DNA of 58,920 bases from Acidobacteriota bacterium (GTDB lineage: Bacteria; Acidobacteriota; Terriglobia; UBA7540). Position numbers and translations under genes: made by a program. Where the stretch lies: assembly GCA_037379595.1 (NCBI GenBank), contig JARRJI010000009.1, positions 1 to 58,920 on the forward strand. Reading direction: 5' to 3'. Every line of letters starts with the position of its first letter. Positions within the stretch are counted from its first letter, which is position 1. Below are positions 8,684 through 18,077 of the stretch, piece by piece. The notes under the pieces are model-generated. The model was not told the DNA's origin. It saw only the letters and a program-made list of their open reading frames with translations, and searched no databases.

Positions 8684-11638
8684 GTGCCCAATGTGTTATC
8701 CGTCGCGGAGCGGCCGCCCGTCCTGGCCGAGGGCGAAGCGATCATTGTGCGCGGAGCTCGCGTCCACAACCTGAAGGGAGTGGACTGCGAAATTCCTCAT
8801 AACCGCCTGACAGTTGTTACCGGCCTTTCGGGTTCGGGCAAATCCAGCCTGGCGTTTGATACGCTCTACGCGGAGGGGCAACGCCGCTACGTGGAATCTC
8901 TTTCCGCTTATGCCCGGCAGTTCCTGGAGCGGATGGAAAAGCCGGATGTTGACGATATTGAGGGAATTGCCCCGGCTGTCGCGATTCGCCAGAAAAACCT
9001 GACACGCAACCCGCGCTCGACCGTCGCCACGGCGACTGAAATCTACGATTATCTCCGGCTGCTTTTTGCCAGAATCGGGACGACCAAGTGCCCCCGGTGC
9101 GGCCAGGTGGTGCAAAAGGACCACGTGGATGGAATCGCTGACCGAATCCTGAATCTCGAAGAGGGGCGCCGGTTCTACGTTCTGTTCCGGCTCAGCCCCG
9201 AAACGGTTGGGGGAGCTGACGATCAGGGTAAGTCGCCGCGAGGGAAAAGGGGCGTTTCAAAACGGCGTGCCCGCAAGCCAAGGGCCTCGCGCAGTTCGAA
9301 GGAGCCATCCGCCTCCGCCGCAATTGCCGATTCTCTCAAGCATCGTCTTTTCCTGCTGCGCCAGCGGGGATTTAATCGTCTTTTTCAGAATGACCAGGTT
9401 TTCGAGTTCTCAACGCCGGAATCGCTCCTCGACATTGATTTCCGCAAGCCGGTCTACGTACTGGTGGACCGGCTGGCAATCCATCCCGACATTCGCCAGC
9501 GTCTGATCGACTCCGTCGAGATCTGTTATCGCGAAGGCGGCGAAGCTATGATCGAGCTGTTGCCGCGTACGCCCGAAGAAATAGCCGAGTGGCTCAGCTT
9601 CAGTGAACGGTTTGAGTGCAAACAGTGCAAGATTGCTTTCCCGGAGCCGCAGCCTTCGTTTTTCTCCTTCAATACTCCTGCCGGGGCGTGCCCGCGCTGC
9701 CAGGGATTCGGCAATACAATCGACTTCGATCCGGACCTGGTTATCCCCGACAAGAGGAAGTCGCTCGGCGAAGGCGCCGTCGAGCCGTGGACCAAGCCTC
9801 GCTACCGGTCGTTGCAGCAGGAGATGAAATGGGCGGCCCGCGATGCTGGTGTTCGTCTCAATGTGCCTTTTTATCAGCTGACCCCGAAGGAACGCCAATG
9901 GGTCATGGACGGCGACGAGGAATTCGGCGGAGTGCGCGGTTTTTTCAAATATCTTGAGCGCAAGAAGTACAAGCTCCACATTCGGGTTTTTCTCAGTCGG
10001 TATCGCGGCTATGCGGTGTGCTCAGAATGCCATGGCGGGCGGCTTCGCCGGGAGGCCCTGAATGTTTTCATCGAAGGTAAAAACATTGTTGAAGTATGCA
10101 CGCTTTCCATCCAGGATGCGCGTACGTTCTTCAACAGCCTGAACCTCAGTGCTGCTCAGGGCAAGGTTGCGGAAAGAGTGCTGGAGGAAATCCGCTCCAG
10201 GCTGGATTTCCTTTACAAAGTCGGGCTGGAATATCTGACCCTGGATCGTCTGGCGTCTACGCTTTCCGGGGGCGAATCTCAACGGATTCAGCTTGCCACG
10301 GCGCTGGGCTCCAACCTGGTGGGGACGCTGTATGTGCTTGACGAACCTTCCATTGGCCTTCATCCCAGGGACACGAATCGCTTGATTGGCATTCTGAAAA
10401 GCCTGCGTGACATTGGGAACACCGTCCTGGTTGTTGAGCATGATCCCGAAATGATCCGCAACGCTGACAAGATTCTGGATCTGGGTCCCGGAGCAGGCGA
10501 GCACGGAGGCCGCATCATGTATGCCGGTGACTTTGAGGGGCTGGTCAAAGACCCCCATTCTCTGACCGGGCGCTACCTGACCGGCGAGTTGAGCGTGCCA
10601 ATGGCCCTTGAGCGGCGCGCGCCGGGCAAGGACTGGCTGCGCATTCGTGGAGCACGGCAGCACAACTTGAAATCGATTGACGTGGACATTCCTTTGGGGC
10701 TGATGGTTTGCGTCAGCGGCGTATCGGGATCGGGAAAGTCCACCTTGGTGCATGATGTGCTCTACAACGTGCTCACGTCGCGGCGGGGCGTCGCGGCTCC
10801 GCGGGCCGAGTTCGATTCCATTGAGGGAGACGAAAAACTTTCAGATATCATTCTGGTTGACCAGTCACCGCTTGGCCGCACGCCACGCTCGAACCCTGTG
10901 ACCTATATCAAGGCGTTTGACGGTATCCGTGAGGCTTTTGCATCCACCCCGGAAGCCAAGAAGCACAGCTTTATGCCGGGCCACTTTTCTTTCAATATTC
11001 CCGGCGGGCGCTGCGAAACGTGCCAGGGCGACGGTACGGTAACCGTGGAAATGCAGTTCCTGGCCGACATTGAGCTGGTCTGCGAGGAATGCCACGGGAT
11101 GCGCTTCAAGCCGGCAATTCTTGAAGTCCGCTACAAAGGGAAGAATATTCATGAAGTCCTGCAGATGACGGTGAGAGAGGCTTTGACATTTTTCGCCGGG
11201 GTGCCGTCAGTCGCTCACAAAATTCGCGTACTCGATGAAATCGGCCTGGGTTACTTACGACTGGGGCAATCAGCGACGACTTTATCGGGCGGGGAAGCGC
11301 AACGGGTAAGGCTGGCCGCCCATATGTCCCATTCCGCAACCGCGCGGCCCCTCTTCATTTTTGACGAGCCCACGACAGGTCTTCACTTTGACGACATTGC
11401 AAAGCTTCTGGCTGCGTTCCATCGACTGATTGACCTCGGTGCGACGGTGTTGATTATCGAGCATAACCTGGACGTGCTGAAGGCCGCAGACTGGATTATC
11501 GATCTGGGGCCGGAAGGTGGCGATTCCGGGGGATACGTTGTGGCTGCGGGCACTCCGGAGGAGATTGCCGAAAGGACGGGATCGTACACGGGAAGATTCC
11601 TGGCGGGTCCACTCTCAGGCAGGCAGCTACATATCTAG
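8684..11638 (+). CDS. uvrA: excinuclease ABC subunit A family protein (UvrA paralogue type)
   Basis: 984 aa, GTG start. Two ABC modules (GLSGSGKSSLAFDTLYAEGQRRYVESLSAYARQF; GVSGSGKSTLVHDVLY; LSGGESQR and LSGGEAQR signatures) and Zn-module cysteines (CPRCG, CKQCK, CPRCQG, CETCQGDG, CEEC). N-terminal ERMEKPDVDDIEGIAPAVAIRQK resembles, from memory, the second UvrA type seen in Bacteroidetes-like genomes. Confidence 0.9.
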   Translation: MPNVLSVAERPPVLAEGEAIIVRGARVHNLKGVDCEIPHNRLTVVTGLSGSGKSSLAFDTLYAEGQRRYVESLSAYARQFLERMEKPDVDDIEGIAPAVAIRQKNLTRNPRSTVATATEIYDYLRLLFARIGTTKCPRCGQVVQKDHVDGIADRILNLEEGRRFYVLFRLSPETVGGADDQGKSPRGKRGVSKRRARKPRASRSSKEPSASAAIADSLKHRLFLLRQRGFNRLFQNDQVFEFSTPESLLDIDFRKPVYVLVDRLAIHPDIRQRLIDSVEICYREGGEAMIELLPRTPEEIAEWLSFSERFECKQCKIAFPEPQPSFFSFNTPAGACPRCQGFGNTIDFDPDLVIPDKRKSLGEGAVEPWTKPRYRSLQQEMKWAARDAGVRLNVPFYQLTPKERQWVMDGDEEFGGVRGFFKYLERKKYKLHIRVFLSRYRGYAVCSECHGGRLRREALNVFIEGKNIVEVCTLSIQDARTFFNSLNLSAAQGKVAERVLEEIRSRLDFLYKVGLEYLTLDRLASTLSGGESQRIQLATALGSNLVGTLYVLDEPSIGLHPRDTNRLIGILKSLRDIGNTVLVVEHDPEMIRNADKILDLGPGAGEHGGRIMYAGDFEGLVKDPHSLTGRYLTGELSVPMALERRAPGKDWLRIRGARQHNLKSIDVDIPLGLMVCVSGVSGSGKSTLVHDVLYNVLTSRRGVAAPRAEFDSIEGDEKLSDIILVDQSPLGRTPRSNPVTYIKAFDGIREAFASTPEAKKHSFMPGHFSFNIPGGRCETCQGDGTVTVEMQFLADIELVCEECHGMRFKPAILEVRYKGKNIHEVLQMTVREALTFFAGVPSVAHKIRVLDEIGLGYLRLGQSATTLSGGEAQRVRLAAHMSHSATARPLFIFDEPTTGLHFDDIAKLLAAFHRLIDLGATVLIIEHNLDVLKAADWIIDLGPEGGDSGGYVVAAGTPEEIAERTGSYTGRFLAGPLSGRQLHI

Positions 11639-11839
11639 CAAACATTCCGAACAAGTCTTCCGGACCCGTCCCGGGGTGAGGGAAATCTCCCCGGCCGTTT
11701 CCGTTCGGCGATCCGATGAGGCGCTTGGATCCACACAAGGCTCCTGAGATTTCCTGGCTTATCCGGAAAGGTTCTCGGCAGCATCTGCTAAGTCCTAAAT
11801 GGCGTTCGGCAACGGCCCGTTGAACCGCTATAATAAGCC

Positions 11840-12400
11840 ATGATGAGTCTTAGAATGCGTATGGTTGTTGCCGCTGGATGCCTTGCCCTGCTGTGGAGCC
11901 CGTCCGCTTATGCGATACCCGCCCAGAAAAAGGGCAAAGAGGAAAAACTGATCGAGAAAATCCAGCGCGAAAAGAACCCTGGCAAAAAGGCTCGGCTCCA
12001 GATCAAGTTGGCCAAATTGAAGCTCTCTCAAGCTGGTACGGCTTATGATCAGAAGGATTTTGCCAGAGGGAAGGCCCTCCTCCAGCAATACCTTGAGCAT
12101 ATTAAGACTTCCTGGGCCACTCTTCAGAGCGCCAATGGAGCCGTTAAAAAGCACCTTGAGGCTTTCAAGAAACTTGAGATCGCTCTCGGCGAGGACGAGC
12201 GTTTGCTCGAAGACATGAGACATCGCATCCCCTATCCTGAAAACGAATTTGTCGGGAAGGTTAAAGAGGAGAGCAGCGCGGTCCACGCTCAGGTGCTGGA
12301 AGCGCTCTTCCCCAGCGGATTTTCGCGAAAGCAAAGAACAAGAGGGTCGAAGCGCCCAAAGAATCCGGCGGCAGCAAAGGCTGGCGCGGCTAAATCATGA
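11840..12400 (+). CDS. secreted Lys/Glu-rich helical hypothetical protein
   Basis: Signal peptide MMSLRMRMVVAAGCLALLWSPSAYA. Stop overlaps the next start (ATGA at 12397-12400). Confidence 0.6.
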   Translation: MMSLRMRMVVAAGCLALLWSPSAYAIPAQKKGKEEKLIEKIQREKNPGKKARLQIKLAKLKLSQAGTAYDQKDFARGKALLQQYLEHIKTSWATLQSANGAVKKHLEAFKKLEIALGEDERLLEDMRHRIPYPENEFVGKVKEESSAVHAQVLEALFPSGFSRKQRTRGSKRPKNPAAAKAGAAKS

Positions 12401-13038
12401 AGCATTTATTTTTCCACATAGGTCTCAGCTTCGCAATTCTTCTGTTAATGGCTCCGCTCTGTGCTCGTGCAAAAGAGAAAGATTACCTTACGTCATCCGA
12501 AGTGGACAAGTTGCGCGATGCCCAAGACCCGTCAGAACGTATCAAAGTTTACCTTTCGTTTGAACAGGACCGCATAGGTCAGATGGAAGCGGCAGAAGAA
12601 TCGAATGGGGATGTCCGGGTTGGTCTCGACGAACTGCTCGAACAATACATTTCAATCGATAATGAGCTGAAAGATTGGATTCAGTACCAGTACGATCGTG
12701 ACGGTGACATGAGGAAGGGTCTCCGGAGCCTCCTGGATGAAGGGCCCAAACAGTTGGAGGTGCTCCGGCACATTCAAAGCACGTTGGGACCTCGCCGCCG
12801 GGACGATTCAAGCTCGCTGCACGATGCCATTGCGGACATGAATGACACCTTGAGTGGAGCGACCGCGGCTTTGGCCGCGCAGCAGAAGAAGTTTCCGGAA
12901 ATGAAGGAGAACGCGAAGGCCCAAGCGCGCGCCTTGAAGAAAGAACAGAAAGAACAAGAGAAGCTCAACAAAAAAGAACGAAAACTGAGAAATCGGCACC
13001 ACAAAAACGAAAATCCTGACGATTCTGACGATAACTGA
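12397..13038 (+). CDS. secreted hypothetical protein with strongly charged K/E-rich C-terminus
   Basis: Signal peptide MKHLFFHIGLSFAILLLMAPLCARA. Stop overlaps the next start (TGATG at 13036-13040). Confidence 0.6.
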   Translation: MKHLFFHIGLSFAILLLMAPLCARAKEKDYLTSSEVDKLRDAQDPSERIKVYLSFEQDRIGQMEAAEESNGDVRVGLDELLEQYISIDNELKDWIQYQYDRDGDMRKGLRSLLDEGPKQLEVLRHIQSTLGPRRRDDSSSLHDAIADMNDTLSGATAALAAQQKKFPEMKENAKAQARALKKEQKEQEKLNKKERKLRNRHHKNENPDDSDDN

Positions 13039-13802
13039 TGTCACCTTCGCGACCCCGTTCCCGTTCCACAGAGCCACGGCAGATCGTGCTTCCCCTGCAT
13101 TCATCCCCGTCGCCTGAGTTTGTCTTCGCCCGCGTGTTTCGACGACTGGGTATCCGGCGTTCAGTTCCGGACTTCCACATTGAATACCGCCCATTTTCCA
13201 GCCTTCGCAGCCATATTGCTCTGCAAGGGAACCGCGCCCGGGTTCGCATTTCAGATGTTCTTGCGGAAGCGCCGCTCATCGTGCTTGAAGCGCTTGCTGA
13301 AATCCTGCTTACTCAGCTCTTTCGCCGGCAAGCCTCCGAGGAAGCCCGGGAATGCTACATGGCATACGTTTTCGATCCTGCGGTTCGCCGGCGGATGGAT
13401 GAGACGCGACGTGCGCGCGGGCGCGTTCGTCTGCTTCCCCCGCGCGGCAAGCGTTTTGACCTGAAGGAAATCTATTCAAATCTGAACCGCCGTTTTTTTA
13501 GTGGCGAACTCGCTCCCTGCCGAATAGGCTGGAGCACCAAACCTTCGCGGAGCGTCCTGGGCCGCTACGATCCCGCCCATCACACCATTACCATCAGCCA
13601 GAGTTTGGACTCAGAATCGGTTCCACTTGAAATTGTCGAATATCTGGTTTTTCATGAAATGCTGCATATCCGAATTCCGCTGGAGCGGCGAGGCTCGCGG
13701 CGGGTGATTCATCCCCGGGCATTTCGTGAAGCGGAAAAGAAGTTCCCGAATTATCGGCAGGTTCGTGAACGGCTGAAAAGAATTTTCTCTCAACAAGGCT
13801 GA
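13038..13802 (+). CDS. YgjP/DUF45-like (SprT-like) zinc metallohydrolase
   Basis: HExxH in EIVEYLVFHEMLHIRIP, followed by HPRAFREAEKKFPNY. This matches the remembered DUF45 pattern ..YVvvHELcHl...H...F......P.Y. Confidence 0.6.
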   Translation: MSPSRPRSRSTEPRQIVLPLHSSPSPEFVFARVFRRLGIRRSVPDFHIEYRPFSSLRSHIALQGNRARVRISDVLAEAPLIVLEALAEILLTQLFRRQASEEARECYMAYVFDPAVRRRMDETRRARGRVRLLPPRGKRFDLKEIYSNLNRRFFSGELAPCRIGWSTKPSRSVLGRYDPAHHTITISQSLDSESVPLEIVEYLVFHEMLHIRIPLERRGSRRVIHPRAFREAEKKFPNYRQVRERLKRIFSQQG

Positions 13803-13886
13803 TTTCCCCCGGCGAAAAGTCGCGGGAACTGGCCTTCGCTATTTCCTGCAAGGCGATCTCTCGTAACTGAACAAGGAGGACAGATC

Positions 13887-15881
13887 ATGGGGAAGGGAAC
13901 TCTTGCTGTCACAAAACGATGCTGGCTCACCGGCTTTTTCTTGCTCTTATTCGCCGCAAGCGGACTCGCTGCAACACCGCTCAGCGTAACCTCTCCGGAT
14001 GGAAACCTCACCGCTACGTTTGAACTGAAAGAGAATCCCCAGCCCTACCTCCCGGGTGTGCGCGCTTACTACCGGATTTCTTATAAGGGAGAGACCATTC
14101 TCAATGACTCGCCTTTGGGGCTCGATTTCAAAGGTGAGCCTGCGCTGGATCATGGCTTTGAGGTAACCGGTTCGCATAAAACTTCTCACGACACCACCTG
14201 GACGAACCGTTTCGGAGCAGTCCGCACCGTGAGCGATCACTACAACCAACTCACCGTCTCCCTGCGCGAGAGCCACGCGCCCGGCCGGAGCCTGGACCTC
14301 GTCTTTCGGGCTTACAATGCAGGGATTGCCTTTCGCTATTTTCTCCCCCACCAGCAAGCGCTTCAAAAGTTCACTTTGTCTTCGGAGAACACGGGCTTCT
14401 ATTTCCCTGGAAATCCAAGCGCTTTCGCTCTCAATCTCGGCAGCTATACCTCAAGCTACGAAGGCGAGTTCCATAAGATCACCCTCGACCAGATCAAGCC
14501 AGCCTCGATCGTGGGTATTCCTCTCCTGGTCCACACGACAAGCGGCCCCTGGGCGGCGATCCTCGAAGCGCACCTGGAAGATTACGCCGGGATGTACCTG
14601 GGTGGAGTGCGCGGCATTCCAGGCGCTTTGATGAGCAAGCTGTCGCCCCTGCCGGATCACTCGGATGAGGCGTTCGTTGGTTCCACTCCCAAAGCCACCG
14701 CGTGGGACGTTGTGATGGTCAATTCCGCTCCCGGCGGGTTGATTCAGTCTGACGACATGATTTTGAACTTGAATCCGCCTTGCGCTCTTGCCGACTCCTC
14801 GTGGATCAAACCCGGCAAGGCCGCCTGGGACTGGTGGTCGGGCGATTACGCTGCCGGAGTCAGCTTCAAGCCTGGCATGAACACTGCCACGATGGAGCAT
14901 TACATTGACTTTGCTTCAAAAGCTCACCTCCACTATATGCTGATTGATGCCGGGTGGTCGGCGAGAAACGACATTACTCGCACGGCCCCTTCGATCGACA
15001 TGCCTGCGATCATCGCTTACGCCAAGAAGCGGCACGTGCGAGTCCTGGTCTGGTTGCATTGGACTGCGGTCAAGAAACAGATGGACCAGGCCTTTCCCCT
15101 TTATGAGAAGTGGGGATTGGCGGGAATTAAAATGGACTTTATGAACCGGAATGACCAGGAGATGGTGAATTTTTACCACCGTGTCGTGAAGGAGGCCGCC
15201 CGTTACCATCTGGTTGTGGATTTTCACGGAGCGTATCCTCCCGCGGGTCTGCGCCGCACCTATCCCAATCTGCTCACCCGGGAAGGCGTGATGGGGCTGG
15301 AATACAACAAATGGAGCTATCGCGACACGCCCGTCCACAACGTCACGATTCCCTTCACGCGGATGCTTGCCGGGCCCATGGATTTCACTCCTGGGTGCTT
15401 TAACAATGCTACGCGGGAGCAGTTTAAGCCTCGCAACGTCCAGCCGATGTGCCAGACCACTCGTGCTCAGCAGTTGGCCATGTATGCGGTCTTCCTCAGC
15501 CCCCTGGAGATGCTTTCCGACTATCCCGAAAATTACTTGAACCAGCCTGGCTTCGAGTTCCTGGAGAAAGCCCCGACGGTGTGGGATGAGACCCGGGTAC
15601 TGAACGGGGAGCCCTCGGAGTATGTCACCATCGCACGCCGCAACGGCGACGAGTGGTACCTGGGCAGCATGACGAATTGGACGGCCCGGGATTTGACCGT
15701 TCCTCTCAGCTTTCTAGGCCCCGGCGAGTGGAACGCACAGATCTTTGCGGACGGCCCTGACGCCAATCAGAACGCCAAGAGTCTCAGCATCACGACAAAA
15801 CGCGTGACGGCAAAGGACACGCTTCCTCTCCATCTCTCTTCGGGTGGCGGGGCAGCGGTCATCTTTACGCCGGCCCATTAA
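13887..15881 (+). CDS. glycoside hydrolase family 97 (alpha-glucosidase/alpha-galactosidase type), secreted
   Basis: AGGAGG before the ATG; signal peptide. GH97-like core YMLIDAGW, GIKMDFMNRNDQEMVNFYHRVVKEAARYHLVVDFHGAYPPAGLRRTYPNLLTREGVMGLEYNKW. Confidence 0.8.
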   Translation: MGKGTLAVTKRCWLTGFFLLLFAASGLAATPLSVTSPDGNLTATFELKENPQPYLPGVRAYYRISYKGETILNDSPLGLDFKGEPALDHGFEVTGSHKTSHDTTWTNRFGAVRTVSDHYNQLTVSLRESHAPGRSLDLVFRAYNAGIAFRYFLPHQQALQKFTLSSENTGFYFPGNPSAFALNLGSYTSSYEGEFHKITLDQIKPASIVGIPLLVHTTSGPWAAILEAHLEDYAGMYLGGVRGIPGALMSKLSPLPDHSDEAFVGSTPKATAWDVVMVNSAPGGLIQSDDMILNLNPPCALADSSWIKPGKAAWDWWSGDYAAGVSFKPGMNTATMEHYIDFASKAHLHYMLIDAGWSARNDITRTAPSIDMPAIIAYAKKRHVRVLVWLHWTAVKKQMDQAFPLYEKWGLAGIKMDFMNRNDQEMVNFYHRVVKEAARYHLVVDFHGAYPPAGLRRTYPNLLTREGVMGLEYNKWSYRDTPVHNVTIPFTRMLAGPMDFTPGCFNNATREQFKPRNVQPMCQTTRAQQLAMYAVFLSPLEMLSDYPENYLNQPGFEFLEKAPTVWDETRVLNGEPSEYVTIARRNGDEWYLGSMTNWTARDLTVPLSFLGPGEWNAQIFADGPDANQNAKSLSITTKRVTAKDTLPLHLSSGGGAAVIFTPAH

Positions 15882-16050
15882 CGGAACAACACCTCGATCA
15901 TCCGGACGCCGGGTGGGCGGCGAAACGGTTGACTCGTTTTTCGGCTAGGTGAGTTGGAACTCGATGTTCGCGGACGAGTTGTCCTTCTGGAGGGCTGAAT
16001 AGATGGGCTGGCACCGTCGGTATTGATCGACAAAACCAAGACCTCCAAAC

Positions 16051-16391
16051 CCTCGATGCGGAGCAGGCCGGGGCACAGTGAGTTTGGTGCACAGCGGGAA
16101 GGCGTGCGATCGGCAGGGCGCGTAGCACCAATAGAGCATGTCCGCGATCCGGCAATCGAAAGCAGGTGGACGTGGCGCCCGCCATGAGAAACCTTTTTCC
16201 AGGGTTTACCAGCGAAGGCGCACAGTTGGTAATACGCCCCGAAATGTTCGATGCATTTAATCACGTGAATCTGATAGGCTGGGATACCAACTTTGCCCGT
16301 GGATTGTTGGGCAATGCCACTGGGACCCGGCAAGGTGAGAATGTCCGCGCGCCGGCCCGATAGGGAGATGCAGATTTTTGGGTTATACTTC
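16051..16391 (+). pseudogene. decayed C-terminal fragment of a TonB-dependent receptor (three reading frames)
   Basis: Frame a: GAGRGTVSLVHSG (compare GGRGTLVGPG in the 37205 TBDR). Frame b (track ORF 16166..16363): VDVAPAMRNLFPGFTSEGAQLVIRPEMFDAFNHVNLIGWDTNF... (compare IQFRAETFNTFNHTQF). Frame c: REMQIFGLYF (compare RQIQFGLKFIF terminal motif). No receptor body lies upstream. Confidence 0.5.
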
Positions 16392-16439
16392 CTCCCTCGC
16401 GTACCCGGTTCGGCATTGTAACCCGGAGGACGAAAGAGC

Positions 16440-18077
16440 ATGGTCAATGGAAGCCCGACGCCAGCAAGCCGGACAAGGAACTGCCGTGTGGCAAGGGGAA
16501 AACTCTGGTGCGCGATGCTCCTCATGGGCCTTCTCATTTGTAAATGGAGTGTCGCCTCTCTTGCGGGCAACAGCGCTTACGATGAGCCGTTCCGTCCGCA
16601 GTTTCACTTCACTCCCCGCAAGAACTGGATGAACGATCCCAACGGTCTCGTCTATTACAAAGGTGAGTACCATCTCTTCTTCCAATACAATCCTTTCGGA
16701 AACGAATGGGGACACATGAGCTGGGGCCATACTGTCAGCCGGGACCTTGTGCACTGGAGGCAGCTTCCGGTGGCGATTCCCGAAGCGCACCGGGTGATGA
16801 TCTTTTCCGGAAGCGCCGTGGTGGACTGGCATAATTCCAGCGGATTCTGCAAGGGTTCGACTCCCGGTGATGACTCCTGCCTGGTTGCCATTTACGCCGG
16901 CTACACAGGCAAGATCCAGGATCAGAACGTCGCTTACAGTAATGACCGCGGGCGCACCTGGACTAAGTATTCCGGCAATCCGGTTATCAATCTTCATCTG
17001 GCGAACTTTCGCGATCCCAAGGTTTTCTGGTACCAGCCGGGCCACAAGTGGGTGATGGTGACGGTGCTTTCGGCCGAGCACAAGGTGAGGCTGTTCAGTT
17101 CGACGGACCTCAAGCACTGGACCGCCCTCAGCGACTTTGGGCCGGAAGGAGCGGTGGGCGGCGCCTGGGAATGCCCGGATCTGTTCAAGCTCCCGGTTGA
17201 GAATGAACCCGGCCAGAGCCGGTGGGTTCTCAGCATCAACCTGAATCCCGGCGGGGTGGCAGGAGGATCGGGCAACCAGTACTTTGTCGGCGAGTTTAAT
17301 GGAACAAAGTTCGTTGATCAGAATCCCGGCAGCAAGGTGCTCTGGGCGGACTACGGGAAGGACTTTTATGCCTCGACGTCGTTCGCGGATATCCCATCCT
17401 CCGACGGACGCCGCATCTGGATGGGCTGGCTGGGCAACTGGGAATACGCTGCCCGCGTCCCCACATCTCCCTGGCGAGGCATCCAGTCGATCCCGCGCGT
17501 CCTCAAGCTGCGACGCTTCCCCCAGGGAATCCGCTTGGTGCAGGAGCCCGTTGAGGAACTCAAGGTCCTGCGCGGACGGCATGTCGCTATCGAAGATCAG
17601 AGTATCGAGGCGGCTAATCGCACCCTGCAATCGAAAAAGGTCAGGGGTGACACGCTTGAAATCGAGGCCACCATCCGGCCGGGACAAGCCCGCTCCTTCG
17701 GGCTGGAAATACGAAAGGGCCCTTCAGAGGAAACCACCATCGGCATTGATCGAGCGAAGTCGGAGCTGTTTGTCGATCGCACCCACTCCGGGGATACCAC
17801 GTTCGACCCGAAGTTTCCAGGTCGTCAGACCGCGCCCCTGAGCCTGGCGAACGGGAAAGCGGTAGAGCTGCACATTTTTGTTGACCGTTGCTCGGTGGAA
17901 GTTTTTGCTGATCATGGCAAGCGAGTCATTTCAGACCTGATATTTCCCTCGCTGGCCAGTCACGGCATTGAATTGTTTTCGAAGGGTGGGGAGGCAAAAA
18001 TCGTGAAGCTGGACGTCTGGAACCTGAAGTCGGCCTGTCTATTTCGTCAGTGCGGTTGGATGCGACGAGCGTGGTGA
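16440..18077 (+). CDS. glycoside hydrolase family 32 (beta-fructofuranosidase/levanase type), secreted
   Basis: FRPQFHFTPRKNWMNDPNGLVYYKGEYHLFFQYNPFGNEWGHMSWGHTVSRDLVHWRQL plus RDPKVFW and WECPDLF motifs. Alternative start at 16515 (MLLMGLLICKWSVASLAG) gives a signal peptide. The last ~14 codons (ACLFRQCGWMRRAW) are probably foreign; see findings. Confidence 0.9.
   Translation: MVNGSPTPASRTRNCRVARGKLWCAMLLMGLLICKWSVASLAGNSAYDEPFRPQFHFTPRKNWMNDPNGLVYYKGEYHLFFQYNPFGNEWGHMSWGHTVSRDLVHWRQLPVAIPEAHRVMIFSGSAVVDWHNSSGFCKGSTPGDDSCLVAIYAGYTGKIQDQNVAYSNDRGRTWTKYSGNPVINLHLANFRDPKVFWYQPGHKWVMVTVLSAEHKVRLFSSTDLKHWTALSDFGPEGAVGGAWECPDLFKLPVENEPGQSRWVLSINLNPGGVAGGSGNQYFVGEFNGTKFVDQNPGSKVLWADYGKDFYASTSFADIPSSDGRRIWMGWLGNWEYAARVPTSPWRGIQSIPRVLKLRRFPQGIRLVQEPVEELKVLRGRHVAIEDQSIEAANRTLQSKKVRGDTLEIEATIRPGQARSFGLEIRKGPSEETTIGIDRAKSELFVDRTHSGDTTFDPKFPGRQTAPLSLANGKAVELHIFVDRCSVEVFADHGKRVISDLIFPSLASHGIELFSKGGEAKIVKLDVWNLKSACLFRQCGWMRRAW

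Noticed and set aside
15878-16570. 230-aa minus-strand ORF between GH97 and GH32
   Set aside because: The sequence is not protein-like (Arg/Pro/Ser-rich). The region is better explained by the plus-strand TBDR C-terminal remnant.
16383-17687. 434-aa minus-strand ORF
   Set aside because: Antisense to the GH32 gene, whose WMNDPNG, RDP and EC motifs are unambiguous.
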